The notes beneath the pieces are model-generated. The model was not told where the DNA came from, searched no databases, and saw only the letters and a program-made list of their open reading frames with translations. A DNA stretch of 64,000 bases from Schmidtea nova. Its lineage: Eukaryota. Position 1 is the stretch's first letter; each line of letters begins with the position of its first letter. The stretch covers positions 186,000,001-186,064,000 of the forward strand of contig CM097882.1 of NCBI GenBank assembly GCA_044892505.1, written 5' to 3'. The translations under genes and the position numbers were made by a program. Positions 30,362 to 43,381 of this stretch are shown piece by piece.

Positions 30362-33300
30362 ATGTTTCCTGTAATGGACCACATATATCAATGTACACTC
30401 GGTAGCAGAGCGTGGTTCCCACCGGGGGGGGGGGGCCACGCACACTCTGGAAATCTGTTAGTATACATTTTTATTAAAGATTCTATTATGTTTTTTGTCA
30501 ATTTTTATAAATGGGTTAAATTTGTAATTGGGGTATGGACCAACATTCCCTCCCAAGCGCGTTTTGAATGGGAAGTGAGGTTAGGGGATAAGAGGCGAAA
30601 GTTGAAGGTGATTAATGAAAGGGAAGTGAAAGTTGGAATGGCTTGGCCACCGGATATTGTGAAAGACGGCTGCTATGGGCCCCAGCATTCTTTTAAATTC
30701 CGGGATAACATTGATAGGGAATGTGCTCTTAAGAGGTATCTGCATATGGTTGGACAAGCGAGACAGGAAAGGCAAATAATTTTAAAAGCTTTAACGGGAA
30801 AACCCATCACTTTAGAAGTCGCATGCAGCGATACAATTGAAGGCGTGAAAGCTAAAAATAAACAAATATCATTTAATGAATCAAATAGACAAAGAGGAAA
30901 AATGGTGTCACCTGCTTATGAAGCAACATGTATAGAAAAAGATAATTCGGTAGTTAAAGGTGCAAAGGTTAGTAGGGGCATTGGTTATGACAGCGAAGAT
31001 ATTTTAATGAATATCAGCCGGAAAATGTTGCAACAAGATAAAATTTTGAAAGGCTTAGAACCTTTTGTAGGAATAAGGGGAGATCAAGGTAATTATAAAA
31101 AGTTCTATAATCAAATTGTTAAAAATATTAAATTGGGTAATCATGAAGACAGGGTGCATATGAATAAAATAGGGGAATTATTGAGTTTTTATTCAATAGC
31201 AAGTGGTGATGAAAGGACAAGTTTAAAAGATAATAGTTCGCGAGTGAAAGAAAAGAAAACGGAGTCAACTTTACCTTTTGTTTTGCGATTGAGACGTGGA
31301 ATACAGATTTTTGTTAAGACTCTAACAGGTAAAACCATAACACTGGAAGTTGAACCGAGGGACTCTATTGAGAAAGTAAAAGCAAGGATCCAAGAGGAAG
31401 AGGGAATCCCGCCTGATCAACAGAGATTGATATTTGCAGGTAAACAATTGGTAGGCGAAAGAATCCTGTCAGATTACAACATTCAAAAGGGGTCTACTAT
31501 TCATCTGTCACTGAGATTGTGTGGAGGGAATGATGAAGAGGAGGAATTAGAGGAAGGATTGAGAAAGAAGAGGAGTGTCAAATATAGATTGACGAAATTA
31601 AGAAACAAATGGATGAATGATATGCTGGCCGAAGATGCAGCACATGTCCTTGATGAATATCAGGAAGCTATGGAAAGTGCCATAGAGAATTTTGAAAGAT
31701 TGGTGGATATTAGTAAAAGATTAGGAAGGTCAGATATAACAACGGGGCTAGAAGCGGATTTACAAGAGATAGAAAATAAGAACGAGGTGGAAGAGTTAAT
31801 TTCGTCAAAGGACAATCAGTCAGTTAGGTCGGATGACAGCAATACAATCAAAGAAGTAGGTGGGAATGAAACGAAGAAAAGGGATAATAAAATGCAGAAG
31901 ATACGGATCCAGATATTTGATGGACACCAGAAAGAATATGAAAGTTGGAAAGCTGCCTTCCATACTTGTGTTGATAGTGCCCATGGAGATGATGATGAAA
32001 AGATGTTACACCTTCGATCCTATCTGAAAGGTGAACCGCTAAAGTTGATCGAAAATTTAGGATTTTCTGCAACTGGTTACAAAATGGCAAAGGAAAAGCT
32101 CGATAAAAGATATGGCGGGGAAGAACGAAATTACTTAGCTGCTCTGGAAGATATCGACAGGTTCCGACCCGTTCGTGAGAATGAAATGCTGGAAATCGAG
32201 GCGTTTGTTGGACTATTGGAAACGCTAGAAGTTAGAATTATTAATAATAGACGAGAGGGCGAAATGAACAATAGTTACTTATTGAAGAGATGCCTGCAAA
32301 AGCTACCCAGCTCGCTGCTATACAAGTGGAAGAAAGATTTTAAGGAGGGAAAGGTAAACGAATGTATCCAAGATTTGAGAAATTGGTTACAAGATGAAGT
32401 CGAGCTGTTAAGATCAACTAAAGAAACCCTTTATGGAGTCGGTGATGGCAATAGAAGAAACGATTGGAAGAGGCAGGATGGACAATCAAGAGAACTTGTG
32501 AATCTAAGGAAAGGGAACCGGACACTTGTTGGGCAAGTAGCAGATTGGAAGGAGGACAAGACAAACATACCAAGAGACGGATTGTTGAGCACAAAGTTGA
32601 AGTGTTGGAAATGCAAGGAAAATCATTACTTGGATCAATGCAGAGAATTTAAAGAAATGAACCCCGCAATGCGACGTAAAGCAGTAGGAGACTGGAAGTT
32701 ATGCTTTAATTGTTTAAAGTCTAATCATGTAGCGTCAGAATGTCGAAAGGCTTCATTCTGTACTAGAGAGGGGTGTAAGCTGAAACACAGTAACCTACTT
32801 CATGTGGATCAGTTAGAGTCCAAAAGGAAGGAAAATACATTGATGTCGGCTACTAAAGATGAATTATTAACAAAAGAGCGAAAATATCTAAGCTTGAGGA
32901 CCATACCAATCTACCTTGAGCATGGAGCGAAGAAAATTAAAGTAAATGCGCTGTTAGACAATGCAAGCTCCATTAGCTACATAAGTCAGAGTATTGCAGA
33001 CGAGTTGGGTCTAAAGGGGAAAGAGGAAATAGTTCCTGTGAGCGTCATCGGAGGTCATATTCAAAATATGACAACAAGAATAGTCACGATGACGTTGATA
33101 AGTTATGATCAGAAGATGAAGAAGGAGTTTACAGCATCAGCCGTGAAGAGTGTAACCGGGGAAATGAGAGTAGTTAATTGGGCAAAGGAAAAATGGCAAT
33201 GGGAGCACTTAAAGGATATTCGATTTCCAATGCTTGACGAACGACAGGTTGTGCATGTTCTTATCGGAGCCGATTATTTAGGGTTGCAAAGAGCGTTGAA

Positions 33301-35266
33301 GGAAGTGGATGGGAAGATGAATGAACCGATTGCGAGATTAACGCCGTTAGGCTGGACCTGTGTTGGTAATACGTCGATAAGAAAGCTGTGGAGTCACCAG
33401 AGTAATTTTACGCGAACGTTTTTTGGCCAGAGAAACGGATTGGATGACCAAATGCAAAGGTTTTGGAAAATTGATGAAATCGGACTAAAGGAATATATCG
33501 AGAGTTTTGCACTTAAAGCTCAGGAAGAAGTTTTTAGTGAAAATCAAACTGGTGATAGCGATTTGAATTCAAATCAAAATGAAGATAACACGAAAAAGTA
33601 TAATATTGCTGGTAAAATGGTTGACAACTTTAAGTCTGTCGGTATTGCAAGCGAGGATGAAATAAATACTACTTCAAGCGAATTAGTGCAAGAAGTAAGG
33701 ACGGAAATTGAATCAACAATGGAAGTAAAAGATGAGCAGGCAGGAAATGAATATAATTTTGAAGAAAACTGCATTGTCGATGAGAAGATTGTGGAAAATA
33801 TAAATGATATTGAAAACTGTAAAATTGAGGAAATTATTGGAGAGAACTCTTTTAATGGGGAAAATATTGAGCATGGAATAGTTGAAAATTCCAATGTTGA
33901 TAAAAGTGACGATGAAAAAGTTAACGATATTGAAACAAATCTAGAAGATGATGGAAAAATTACCAAATATGTCAGTAATAAAGGTGAAAAAGTAGAAACG
34001 ATTGAACGAATAAATTGTCCAGTTATAATTGCAGAGAGAACAGGTAGTGAACAGTCAGCCTTTCTTCTAATGAAAAGTAAAGATGCAATTAGTGGAAATA
34101 AAATGGGATCATTTGACAAGGTTGTGAAGGGTTCAACTGTTGATGATGGAGTTCTTGCTGATAAGTCGGATTTAGTAATACAACTTCATTCAAAGATAGA
34201 AGATCTTGAAAAGAAAATAAAAATGGACGAATTGGAATATAAAAGGAAAATTAATGAATCTAAAGTAAAATTTGAGAATTTAGCTAAAACTGTAGAAAAG
34301 TTATCAGCTAAGATAGAAAATGTAAATGATATTAATGGAAAATTGGCAACTGTAAATCGGGAACTAAAAATAAAGATTAAACGAAATGAAATCGAGTTAA
34401 ATGAGCTATCTGCGAAAGGAAGGCATTTAAATGTGGAGATGAAAGAAAAGGAAAATGATTACCTAGAACAACTTCGAGAGGCTAATGATAACATCGCTTC
34501 TCAGCAAACCTTGGTGAAGGATTTGACGGAAGTAAATGGTAATTTAATAATTAAACAAAATGACAGTCTGGGCATAATTGAAGATATTAAATTAAACTTG
34601 AAATCTTTAATGATAGAAAAAGATTTCTTGAAAATGGGACTCAATACTAACATGAAGTTAGTTAAAGAAGTCTCAAGGCAATTGGAAAAAATTATTGAAG
34701 AGGAAATTTATATTTCTAACAAGGTAATGAATACTGGCGAAGAATTGGTCGAATCCAAAAGAGATGGCGAATTAATTGAGAGCCAGTTGATTAAATTAGA
34801 AGTTAATTTAAAGGAAAATAGAACGAAATGGTGTATGCTGCATAGTCCGGTTGTGGGGCGTGATGGGGAAATTACAAAGGTTCATATATTGTTCTATACA
34901 CTTGGAAAGTTCATAAATAAATGCATCATGCAAGAGGCATGGATGCAAAGAATTGATTGGAAGGAAATACTTCCTCCAGAGGTAATAAAAAAAAAAGGTG
35001 AAGGTGGCGAGTCTTCCACATTTGAAATTAAAGGAGGACTCGTGGAGAGTTATTACTGGTCATGGAGAAATAGAGAAGTGGATGAAGTGTTGATGTTATC
35101 AGACAACGGTACTAATTTCGTGGGAGCAACGGGGGAATTGAAAGATGTGATAATCGATGGTTATAAGATAACGAAGGAGTTAACGAGGAGTCAAAAGGGG
35201 GGGGATGGTCGTCTGTGTGTGCATTTTTTATTTCTCTTCTTCGCGCCTGTGTGCGCAGTGGTTTAA
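30362..35266 (+). CDS. BEL/Pao-derived chimeric polyprotein: ubiquitin and HSP90 fragments, Gag (DUF1759-like, Zn knuckles), aspartic protease, coiled coil, integrase remnant; no RT or RNase H
   Basis: [15 protein letters not shown]...LRSYLKGEP (BEL Gag); [13 protein letters not shown] / [14 protein letters not shown] knuckles; ALLDNAS protease; ARLTPLGWT; [11 protein letters not shown] integrase piece; polypurine tract AAAAGGGGGGGGA at ~35192-35204. True start codon uncertain. Confidence 0.85.
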   Translation: MFPVMDHIYQCTLGSRAWFPPGGGGHAHSGNLLVYIFIKDSIMFFVNFYKWVKFVIGVWTNIPSQARFEWEVRLGDKRRKLKVINEREVKVGMAWPPDIVKDGCYGPQHSFKFRDNIDRECALKRYLHMVGQARQERQIILKALTGKPITLEVACSDTIEGVKAKNKQISFNESNRQRGKMVSPAYEATCIEKDNSVVKGAKVSRGIGYDSEDILMNISRKMLQQDKILKGLEPFVGIRGDQGNYKKFYNQIVKNIKLGNHEDRVHMNKIGELLSFYSIASGDERTSLKDNSSRVKEKKTESTLPFVLRLRRGIQIFVKTLTGKTITLEVEPRDSIEKVKARIQEEEGIPPDQQRLIFAGKQLVGERILSDYNIQKGSTIHLSLRLCGGNDEEEELEEGLRKKRSVKYRLTKLRNKWMNDMLAEDAAHVLDEYQEAMESAIENFERLVDISKRLGRSDITTGLEADLQEIENKNEVEELISSKDNQSVRSDDSNTIKEVGGNETKKRDNKMQKIRIQIFDGHQKEYESWKAAFHTCVDSAHGDDDEKMLHLRSYLKGEPLKLIENLGFSATGYKMAKEKLDKRYGGEERNYLAALEDIDRFRPVRENEMLEIEAFVGLLETLEVRIINNRREGEMNNSYLLKRCLQKLPSSLLYKWKKDFKEGKVNECIQDLRNWLQDEVELLRSTKETLYGVGDGNRRNDWKRQDGQSRELVNLRKGNRTLVGQVADWKEDKTNIPRDGLLSTKLKCWKCKENHYLDQCREFKEMNPAMRRKAVGDWKLCFNCLKSNHVASECRKASFCTREGCKLKHSNLLHVDQLESKRKENTLMSATKDELLTKERKYLSLRTIPIYLEHGAKKIKVNALLDNASSISYISQSIADELGLKGKEEIVPVSVIGGHIQNMTTRIVTMTLISYDQKMKKEFTASAVKSVTGEMRVVNWAKEKWQWEHLKDIRFPMLDERQVVHVLIGADYLGLQRALKEVDGKMNEPIARLTPLGWTCVGNTSIRKLWSHQSNFTRTFFGQRNGLDDQMQRFWKIDEIGLKEYIESFALKAQEEVFSENQTGDSDLNSNQNEDNTKKYNIAGKMVDNFKSVGIASEDEINTTSSELVQEVRTEIESTMEVKDEQAGNEYNFEENCIVDEKIVENINDIENCKIEEIIGENSFNGENIEHGIVENSNVDKSDDEKVNDIETNLEDDGKITKYVSNKGEKVETIERINCPVIIAERTGSEQSAFLLMKSKDAISGNKMGSFDKVVKGSTVDDGVLADKSDLVIQLHSKIEDLEKKIKMDELEYKRKINESKVKFENLAKTVEKLSAKIENVNDINGKLATVNRELKIKIKRNEIELNELSAKGRHLNVEMKEKENDYLEQLREANDNIASQQTLVKDLTEVNGNLIIKQNDSLGIIEDIKLNLKSLMIEKDFLKMGLNTNMKLVKEVSRQLEKIIEEEIYISNKVMNTGEELVESKRDGELIESQLIKLEVNLKENRTKWCMLHSPVVGRDGEITKVHILFYTLGKFINKCIMQEAWMQRIDWKEILPPEVIKKKGEGGESSTFEIKGGLVESYYWSWRNREVDEVLMLSDNGTNFVGATGELKDVIIDGYKITKELTRSQKGGDGRLCVHFLFLFFAPVCAVV
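31301..31528 (+). other. Complete ubiquitin domain inside the BEL ORF
   Basis: [19 protein letters not shown]...[16 protein letters not shown]...[21 protein letters not shown], 76 aa. Confidence 0.95.
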
Positions 35267-35460
35267 TTTTTAAGAGGGATGTGTTTTGTATCGCGTCCGT
35301 GTGCGCACTCGTTTTTGTTGTGGTTGTCGGGGGATTCTTGTGTGCGCATGTTAGATTGGTAGGAATTTTAATTGATTAGTTTTTTTTAATTTTGATTTTT
35401 AGAGATTTAGATTTGAGAATTTAAGTAGAATTTGGGGATTGTTTAAATACTCCAATTTTA

Positions 35461-36288
35461 GTGGAAGTTTTGGGTCAAAGTTTGGTTTCGTTTTCTATGT
35501 TGTTGTTCTGGAAATTTGGAATTGGTTTTTTTGAAAAGAGTTCCAGTCTCGATATTTTGGAAGTTTTTAATTGTGGTTCTAGAAAAATTGTAGAATTGTT
35601 GAAAAACCGAGATTATATTGCAAACAAAAGTTTATCACAATGTGCAGAGGAGTCGTGGTCAATGTCAAGTGGTTCTTACAATATTTTGGCTCAATGTCAT
35701 TTGGTTAATGGTTATGTTCTTTATGTAAATTGCGATCAGAAATTTCTTGACTGGCCAATTCGATGGATAAATATTAAGAAGGATCTGGAGAATTTAAATT
35801 GTGATATTTGCTGTCTCCAAGAAGTTGAAATTTCATATTACTTATCTGACATCGAACCAGCGATGCTTCAGTTAGGATATGAAGGATTCTCGTCTGCAAA
35901 AGCAGGTGCCGGACCTGATGGTTGTGCCATATTTGTAAAATTAGATAACTTTAATTGTGACCTTTCTATTTTCGAAACTTTATTATTTCATTACGATGAG
36001 CCTTCAGTCCTGTCGACACACAATGTTGGTCAAATCGCTCCATTGTCTCCAATATCGAATCCTGGTTCAAAGATTTGTGATTACCTGAAAGACGTTTATC
36101 GTTACATGTCAATGATTACTGACAATAAAATTCTATCAAAAGACTATTTGAATGTTGTTTATGTGGTTATGGAGACGAATAAAGATTATCCTCTGGCCGT
36201 TCAATTGATGATTTTTTTCATTTTGATTATTTTTATAATGTTCAGTAGTATCGGGTTATCTATCTTTAATGTACTATTTGCTCTTTGA
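35461..36288 (+). pseudogene. Intronless N-terminal fragment of an Angel/CCR4/nocturnin-type EEP phosphodiesterase
   Basis: SYNILAQ...LDW..R...DICCLQEV...LGYEG...DGCAIF motifs present; C-terminal GDFN and SDH motifs absent. Confidence 0.8.
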
Positions 36289-36289
36289 A

Positions 36290-37440
36290 ATCGATCCATC
36301 TCCGTTATTGTCTTCCCAAATTTGGTTTCGATACTGCATGTGATCTTGCTTCGTTATCTCAACCTATTTTACTGGCCACTTTAGTTGTATACCAAATTGT
36401 TTTTGCAACTCTATACCACCAATTACCCCTGGAGTCATATATCTTACTATCGTAAACTTTACCCTTCTTTTCCAAACATTTATTCCTATTACTAATATTG
36501 CTTTACCATTCGTTTCTAAAACACTATTATTAGCACATCTCAATTTATCAGTCATTATTATAAGCTCTTCATCTTTAAGTTTCTCAAATTTGCTCCAATT
36601 CATGACATTTACTGTAGCTTCTGTATTGAGCAAGCATTCCATATTCTGGTCTTGTATTCTAATAGTTATACTTGGTCGTATTTGCATTTTATCATAACTA
36701 ATAATATATTTCTCCATTTGTATATTATTAGTTAGTCAGTATTAGTCAGTATTTGTATTTTTTCTCTTTTTTTCTGCAAAATCATTTTTGATGAATCTGT
36801 TTACTTTCCTTATTACATTATTATCTTCTTTCGTTACTTCTGTATCTTTCACATCTTTCTCTATTATATATAATATTCTACTTTTACTAATAATTAATAA
36901 TTTAGGAGTCAGCATCGCTGTTTAAAATACTGCTCCGACTATCTCCTCTTCTATCGGAGCGTTGCCATTTGGGTATTCGTTGTATTTATCTTCTATTCTT
37001 TCATCAATTGATTCGTCTATGAGTACTGGGTATCTCTTGTCTGCCTGTCTTGTCTCCTTTCTCACTCCTTGATAACCATTCCCTGCTTCATATCGCTCTT
37101 GTTACCTACCAAAATTCTGATTGAATCTTCTATATCTCATTCTCTCCAAATTTGTGTAGCAATCTGCCTCTTTATGTCATCCCAAGCTACACCTCGTAGA
37201 CCTTATTTTTTGACAATTTCTTCTCACGTGTCCTGGGGTACCACACACATAACATTCAACTACCTTTCTCTGCACATGTGGACACTGGATTTTTGCATGT
37301 CCTTGCATAGTAAAAACATGTAACTGCATTCCTTGGTATGCAATCTCTACTCAAATGTCCTACATTGTTACATGTCAACATTCGTTCTTAGTTCTATTCG
37401 GTCTTTCTTTTCGATATTTTCTCGACTTATTATTATATCT
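36290..37440 (-). pseudogene. Gypsy gag C-terminus and aspartic protease remnant (gag N-terminal part continues at ~38930-39500)
   Basis: ECLLNTEATVNVM (degenerate LDTGA), LRCANNS and VIGGIELQKQFGI protease motifs; interrupted by the mini LTR element. Confidence 0.6.
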
Positions 37441-37475
37441 TGGTGATACAATATTTCTTGTTTCATTTGAAAACG

Positions 37476-38928
37476 CGTAGCCAAAAAAATTAAATAATTA
37501 TTATAAATACCATAGGTATTTATAATAATAATATCATTAAACAAAGTTTTGTTTTAATATGTGATATAAATAAAGATTTACAAATTTGAATATTATATTA
37601 CTCATATTATTTCTATGGCAAATTCCAAAAAAGACAACATTGGTGTCAAAAAGGTGGCTCATGAAGGTAGTCACATGCAGATGAAGATGCCAATTTTCTT
37701 CGACAACGTGGTACCGTGGTTCCAGCAGGTTGACGCTGCACTCGAGCTTGCATCAATAAAAAATGAAGAGACAAAATATTTTCATTTGCTCACCAGTTTA
37801 CCACCAAGAATCCTCGAAGAATATTCGGATCTATTGGACCATCACATCAAACTGCCGTATTCGACGTTAAAAGACGCAATCATCTGGGAATCAAAAGGAT
37901 CGATAACTGAGGCTGCGAACAAATTACTTCAGAAACAAGAGCTTGGTGACCAAAAACCAAGTCAACTGCTCAGGGAACTCAAGCGTAATTACAAATTAAT
38001 GGAACTGAATGGAAACCCACAAACAAGCCAGATCCTGAGATTTCAATTTATAATTTGCATGCCAATTCACATACAACACTTATTAGTGTCAAAAGAAGCA
38101 GACATTGATGAGCTGGCAAACATCGCAAACGTACATATGAGTATCGAACATCATGTTATATCTCAGGTGGAAAATCTACCCACCAACCGAAAGCCAGTAT
38201 CAACAGCAAATAGAAAATCTCCAGAAATCATCATCACCGACAGCAAGCAGTTCATCTCGGCTACATTCAGAGAGATGTGTCAAAGATTCAATGCTGATCA
38301 CAGACATACCACACCATATCATCCTCAATGCAACGGTAAAGCAGCAATAAGGGCACACTCAGATGATGCCCCCAGAAGGTGGGTAAATGAACTTCCGTCA
38401 ATTCTACTTGGAATTCGCAACGTCATCTCCGACGAAACAAATGTATCACCAAGTCAAAGTGTTTTTGGAACTGATGGACGACTATCTGGCGATGTTATAG
38501 TCAGAAGGAAAAGAAATCAAAATTGGAAACCATTCCTACCAAGCGAGTTGAAGGAATCTACTCACCTGTGGCTGAAAGTCGAATCAAGAACCGCCCTCAA
38601 GCCTGTATATGACGGACCATACAAGGTAATAAGCCGAAGCTCAGACTTTAAAATATTTGAAATTCAATTACCAACGAGAACATTACGAGTATCGGTAGAC
38701 AAACTCAAAGCAGCCCATCTTCAAGAATCTAATAGGTCACTCCATGACCTCGGCGGAGGGCTATGTAACCAAATCAATTAGATAATTAATATAAATACCA
38801 TAGGTATTTATAATAATAATATCATTAAACAAAGTTTTGTTTGAATATGTGATATAAATAAAGATTCACAAATTTGAATATTATATTACTTATATTATAT
38901 TCTATGACAAATTCCGAAAAAGACAACA
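37476..38928 (+). mobile_element. 1.45 kb internally deleted Gypsy-type LTR element with ~165-bp LTRs (37476-37639, 38764-38928)
   Basis: Near-identical direct repeats ending AGACAACA; PBS-like TTGGTGTCA after the 5' LTR; purine-rich tract GGCGGAGGG before TGTAAC; no clean TSD. Confidence 0.85.
37615..38781 (+). CDS. In-frame Gag-integrase fusion ORF of the mini LTR element
   Basis: PWFQQVDA...LGDQKPSQLLREL (Gag) followed directly by IITDSKQF...TTPYHPQCNG...YDGPYKV...VSVDKLK (integrase core and GPY/F). Confidence 0.75.
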   Translation: MANSKKDNIGVKKVAHEGSHMQMKMPIFFDNVVPWFQQVDAALELASIKNEETKYFHLLTSLPPRILEEYSDLLDHHIKLPYSTLKDAIIWESKGSITEAANKLLQKQELGDQKPSQLLRELKRNYKLMELNGNPQTSQILRFQFIICMPIHIQHLLVSKEADIDELANIANVHMSIEHHVISQVENLPTNRKPVSTANRKSPEIIITDSKQFISATFREMCQRFNADHRHTTPYHPQCNGKAAIRAHSDDAPRRWVNELPSILLGIRNVISDETNVSPSQSVFGTDGRLSGDVIVRRKRNQNWKPFLPSELKESTHLWLKVESRTALKPVYDGPYKVISRSSDFKIFEIQLPTRTLRVSVDKLKAAHLQESNRSLHDLGGGLCNQIN

Positions 38929-41900
38929 CGTGTCTCTGTAACTTCTAGTTATATTCAGTTCTGGCCTTCTCTCTCTCACTGCATAGATCGTTACTTTCGT
39001 TCCTTTTGAGTCACTTAAACATAATTCTCACTTTAAAGTTTTGTCGGCTGCAGTGTACCAGCAGATATTCTGTTAAGCTTTCCTTCTTTAACTCATGTCA
39101 CAATATTTTATCAACTAACTCGTCTATGATAGTAAAATATTTTTCGGGCTCCTCGTTCGTCTGTCTATAGGACATAGCCGATTATAAATCTTCTGCCAAC
39201 GTTTTTTTGACGAATGCCTTCAGTAATCTTTCCTTATAGCATTTATTATTTGGATCAACTTCTGTATATATTTCTCTAATACTTTTGTCGATCAGTAATT
39301 CGACGATCACCACTTGTTTTGAAGTAGGCATTTGAGCTACTTTAAAATATTTATCATTCTTTAATGAATGTCTCAACATCGTCTCTCCTATGGAAATCGC
39401 TCAGAAATAGCTTATTTATGAAGAATTCCATTGACGTGGTTGAAATATTAGATTTTGCTAGAAAATCTTCTAAATTATGTTGAGAAGTTGAAATCATAAT
39501 TCCATGTTTTTATTTTATGAAATATTATCTAATTTTTAAACAATTTTTCAGCCTTGAACAAAATATTTTTAAACAATTTATAAATTTTTAAATGTATAAA
39601 ATTATTTATAAAATTATAATTTATAAATTTAATTATTTATTTCATCTCTTCAAATTACAAACTTTAACAATAAAAATAACAAATTATAAAAAATATAAAA
39701 ATTTAATTAAACATTAATTATAACAATTATTTTAAAACTTCTTAAATTTAAATTATTTATCATTTCAAATTATTTTAATAAATTATTGAAATATTTAGTT
39801 CTCAGAGGAAAACACCTCATAAAGACTAAGAGAACAAATTTGATCATTACCATCTCTATTAATTGTTATTTTTTATCATCATTATCATTTACCACTGCTT
39901 CTTCAGATAAATTTTAGCCAGTAAACTTGAATAAGCAAATAAGTCTTACTTAATTATGCATTTCATATTTCGGCATAATTTGTCACAGCTTTCGTCCACA
40001 AATTTTCGTCCATGATTTTATGATATTGTTCACATGTAAATGGTTGACTAGTTCAATTTTTATATTTATCATCGTCAAATAAATGTTTACAATAAATGTT
40101 TACAGGATAAGACATAATTCCAATTAAATTTAAAAATAACTCAAGAATAGTTCAATGTTTTTAAAAAAACCAATCAAGCATAAATTAATTTAATTTATTA
40201 TAATTTTTTGATTTATTTTATTTTTTTAGTTATTGAACCTTATAATGATTGATTTATTTAAATTAATTTTTAATTATCATTTTGAAAAATGTAATATTTT
40301 TCTAAATGCTTCAACCAAGTACTAAAAATAAGTAATTACTTTTCAAGTTGCATGTGGTAACTTCATTTATTTTACTAATAATCAGATGAGAAGCAATATC
40401 TGACTTCTGTTTATCTTTAATGTCCAAAATTTCAAAACAATGTGCAAATCTACAAAATTTATTGAAATTTAATAAATAGATTTAAATTTTATCTGTTAAG
40501 TTAATTCATTTATCATAAACAAGTTTTACATTTTAAAGAAATATTTCTTTAGTAAGTATTTTGCAAAACCCAGGCCGAACCTTAGGCAATGCATTTACGT
40601 TGATACTTTCATAAAAACACTAGCCGACTATAGATTTGTTCGAATAAAAATAAAAAACAAGTGTTGGGGTTGTGAAAACAAGCATGAAAATAAAATGAAA
40701 AAAACATAAAAACTACGTGCAAATCAATAAAAAAAATTTAAAATAATTATTTAACTGGTATGGGAGAAAATATAGTTGGCATTGAATAGCTCGATTTTGT
40801 CAATTTAAGAAATTCTATAATAATATATATTAAATTCAAAAAATCACGAGTTTCGACTTTATACCAATATCTAACAATGCTGAATTTGATTTTCCTACAT
40901 TATTGTTATTCAAAAATATCTAAAGTGCTATGAAAAATGTCTGATTATTCATAAATTGAAAAAAATTTATTTGTGAAATTGAAGAGTCTTTCCCCCCGCT
41001 GCTAAAAAGAGTGCACAACAAATGCACTCAAAATCGAATTCTAATTCTGGATGCTCCTCAATAATAGTGATTAAAAATGTTTACTTAAACTTTTATTTAC
41101 GATTGCCTCTCATATGCGCAAAATATGCAAAACAATCTTCCGAAGTTACACTTTCATCTGACAACTAGGATATGCGACAAAAATTAATTAATTAATAGTT
41201 TTAATTGTTTTATAATAAAATACACTTCTATAATTGACTCATTAAAAAAATTTTTTTTTAATTTTAGAAACCAGCAAAAATTGAGAGAATGGCTAAAATA
41301 TATTCAATAATAAAAATTCTGTGCACAAATATATTTTTTTGGCGTAGCAAAAAAAAATATTATGAGAAACGTTGGTTGTAACATTTTCGGTCCTTCTAAA
41401 TGAAATTCTGACCCCTTAGGGGTCCTAAAGTTTATTTTGACTGATTTACATTGACCGATCCACTAGTTTCGTATTGTAATATGTGCGCTGATTTTGATTC
41501 AATGTGGTGTCTGTCATGCTAGTTAAGAAGAGTTGAAAGCAGGCGATATTGAAGGAATACTTCCTAAATGCAATCTATGTACATTACCTATTGCTAAAAA
41601 GAAAAGCATACAATCCAAATATTGTCTTTGATTGAAAAAAATATTCAATTTGAAAGTAGTATTTTCAAACCAAAAACATTTATTCTAACCGGAGTCGACT
41701 TTGTTAAATTATTCTATTTAATTACGTTATATTATTATTTAGTGTTGTTGAGCCAACTAACAATACCAATAGAAATTTATATAGTAATATGTTTTTATTA
41801 TATTATAGATGCTTATGTTTACACGAAAAACGGTGAATTACTAAGCTTCAGTCAATTAAATATATTACCTATTGATTTGCTTGATATCATCTTCAGGAAT

Positions 41901-43079
41901 ATTTTTAAAAATAAATTTAAATCCCTGAATTGCCTAAATTAATTTTAAATAAAGTTAACAAAATCATAAATAAACCCCAAAAATAATTTCTGGGAGAATT
42001 GGCTTGTAAAGCTTGATAAATTTTGGAAGATAGAAAATGCAGTGAGTTTTCCAGTCGAGATGTATGCGACATAAATCAGGCTGAAAACAAATTATAATTG
42101 AATAATCTTTTCAGCAATACAACCTTCAATATCAAAATACTATCTACATATTGCGTAATTTCACTTCGAAATCTGAAAACCAATAATTTAAGCTTTAAAA
42201 TAAATGCTAACAATTCTATATAAGTTGGAGAATCATCCAATAATATTGATAGGATAACATAATCGATAATAATATCAATCTTCGTATCAACAAATGCAAA
42301 GTAAGATTTGTTTTCACTAAATATTAGATATAACAATATTTACCTAATATTAATCCTTACTGACTAATATTAATTATTGTTTGATTAGGCTTTTCAATAA
42401 AAGTTTCTGCGTCTATTTTCTTTTGTAATACTGAACAAAGACAATTTTCAAGGTCCTTAGGTATTGACGAATTTATAACAGAAATAGTATTGATTCTAGA
42501 ATTATATAAATGTACATAACTAAATTTTTTTTAACATAATTAGGATTAAAAATAACTTTTGCTTCGATGAACTTTTTAAAGTTTTTAAAATTGCAAACAT
42601 TTTAAACAAAACGTAGAAAAATTAATTGTTAAAACAAATTTTTTATTTTTTTAAAATTATTTTTAAAAAATAAAATTATAGTAATTTAAATTCAAAACAA
42701 AATTTTCATTTGCTTGTAAATAGTTGAGATAAGCAGCTTAGTGGATATACTTTATTTTGCAAGATCTGTAAACCATAAATTTTGAGTTTTGAAAGCCATA
42801 AGTCATAAACATATATTAATAAAAATTTGAACTTAGTAATTAAAAAACATAATAGATTTTAAAAAAGACGTTTTTAGTTTATCACTAGCATTTTCACAAA
42901 TAATCCAGAGTTAATTAAAAAAACAAAATTAAAATAGTGTCAATAAATTCCAAATTCAAATATCCCACTGTGTGTACTATTACGCAATAATATATAGTTT
43001 TATATAATGTGTTAACTAAATTATTATATATATGATAACGTTTTTAATATTGTTGTGGAATTCGAAGTGCGTCCAATAA

Positions 43080-43381
43080 AACTGTACAATGCTACAATTG
43101 TTGAAAGAAAGGACATGTTTCACGGGATTGTTTCGCTAGATCAAGGTCTCCATCAACTTAGCCATCACCACAAGGATTGAGTGAATCTTCAAAGCCAAAT
43201 AAAATGTCATTCGTGTAGAGGCTATGGACATTTGGCTAGATCATGCCCGAGAAATGTCGATAAATTTCAGAAACCAATATTTAAGAAAAATCAAGTAGAT
43301 TTCAAAATGACAGAATGCCAAAAGACAATGTTGTTTTTGTTCAATCAGATGAATTTAATGACAGAATTGATAATCAAGTGA
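43080..43381 (+). pseudogene. Retroelement gag zinc-knuckle remnant
   Basis: CYNC*KKGHVSRDC and CHSCRGYGHLARSC. Confidence 0.55.

Noticed and set aside
41495-41610. CGVC...PKCNLC as the missing last exon of the Rubicon-homology gene or a sirtuin zinc site
   Set aside because: In-frame stop, no convincing splice acceptor and wrong Cys/His spacing.
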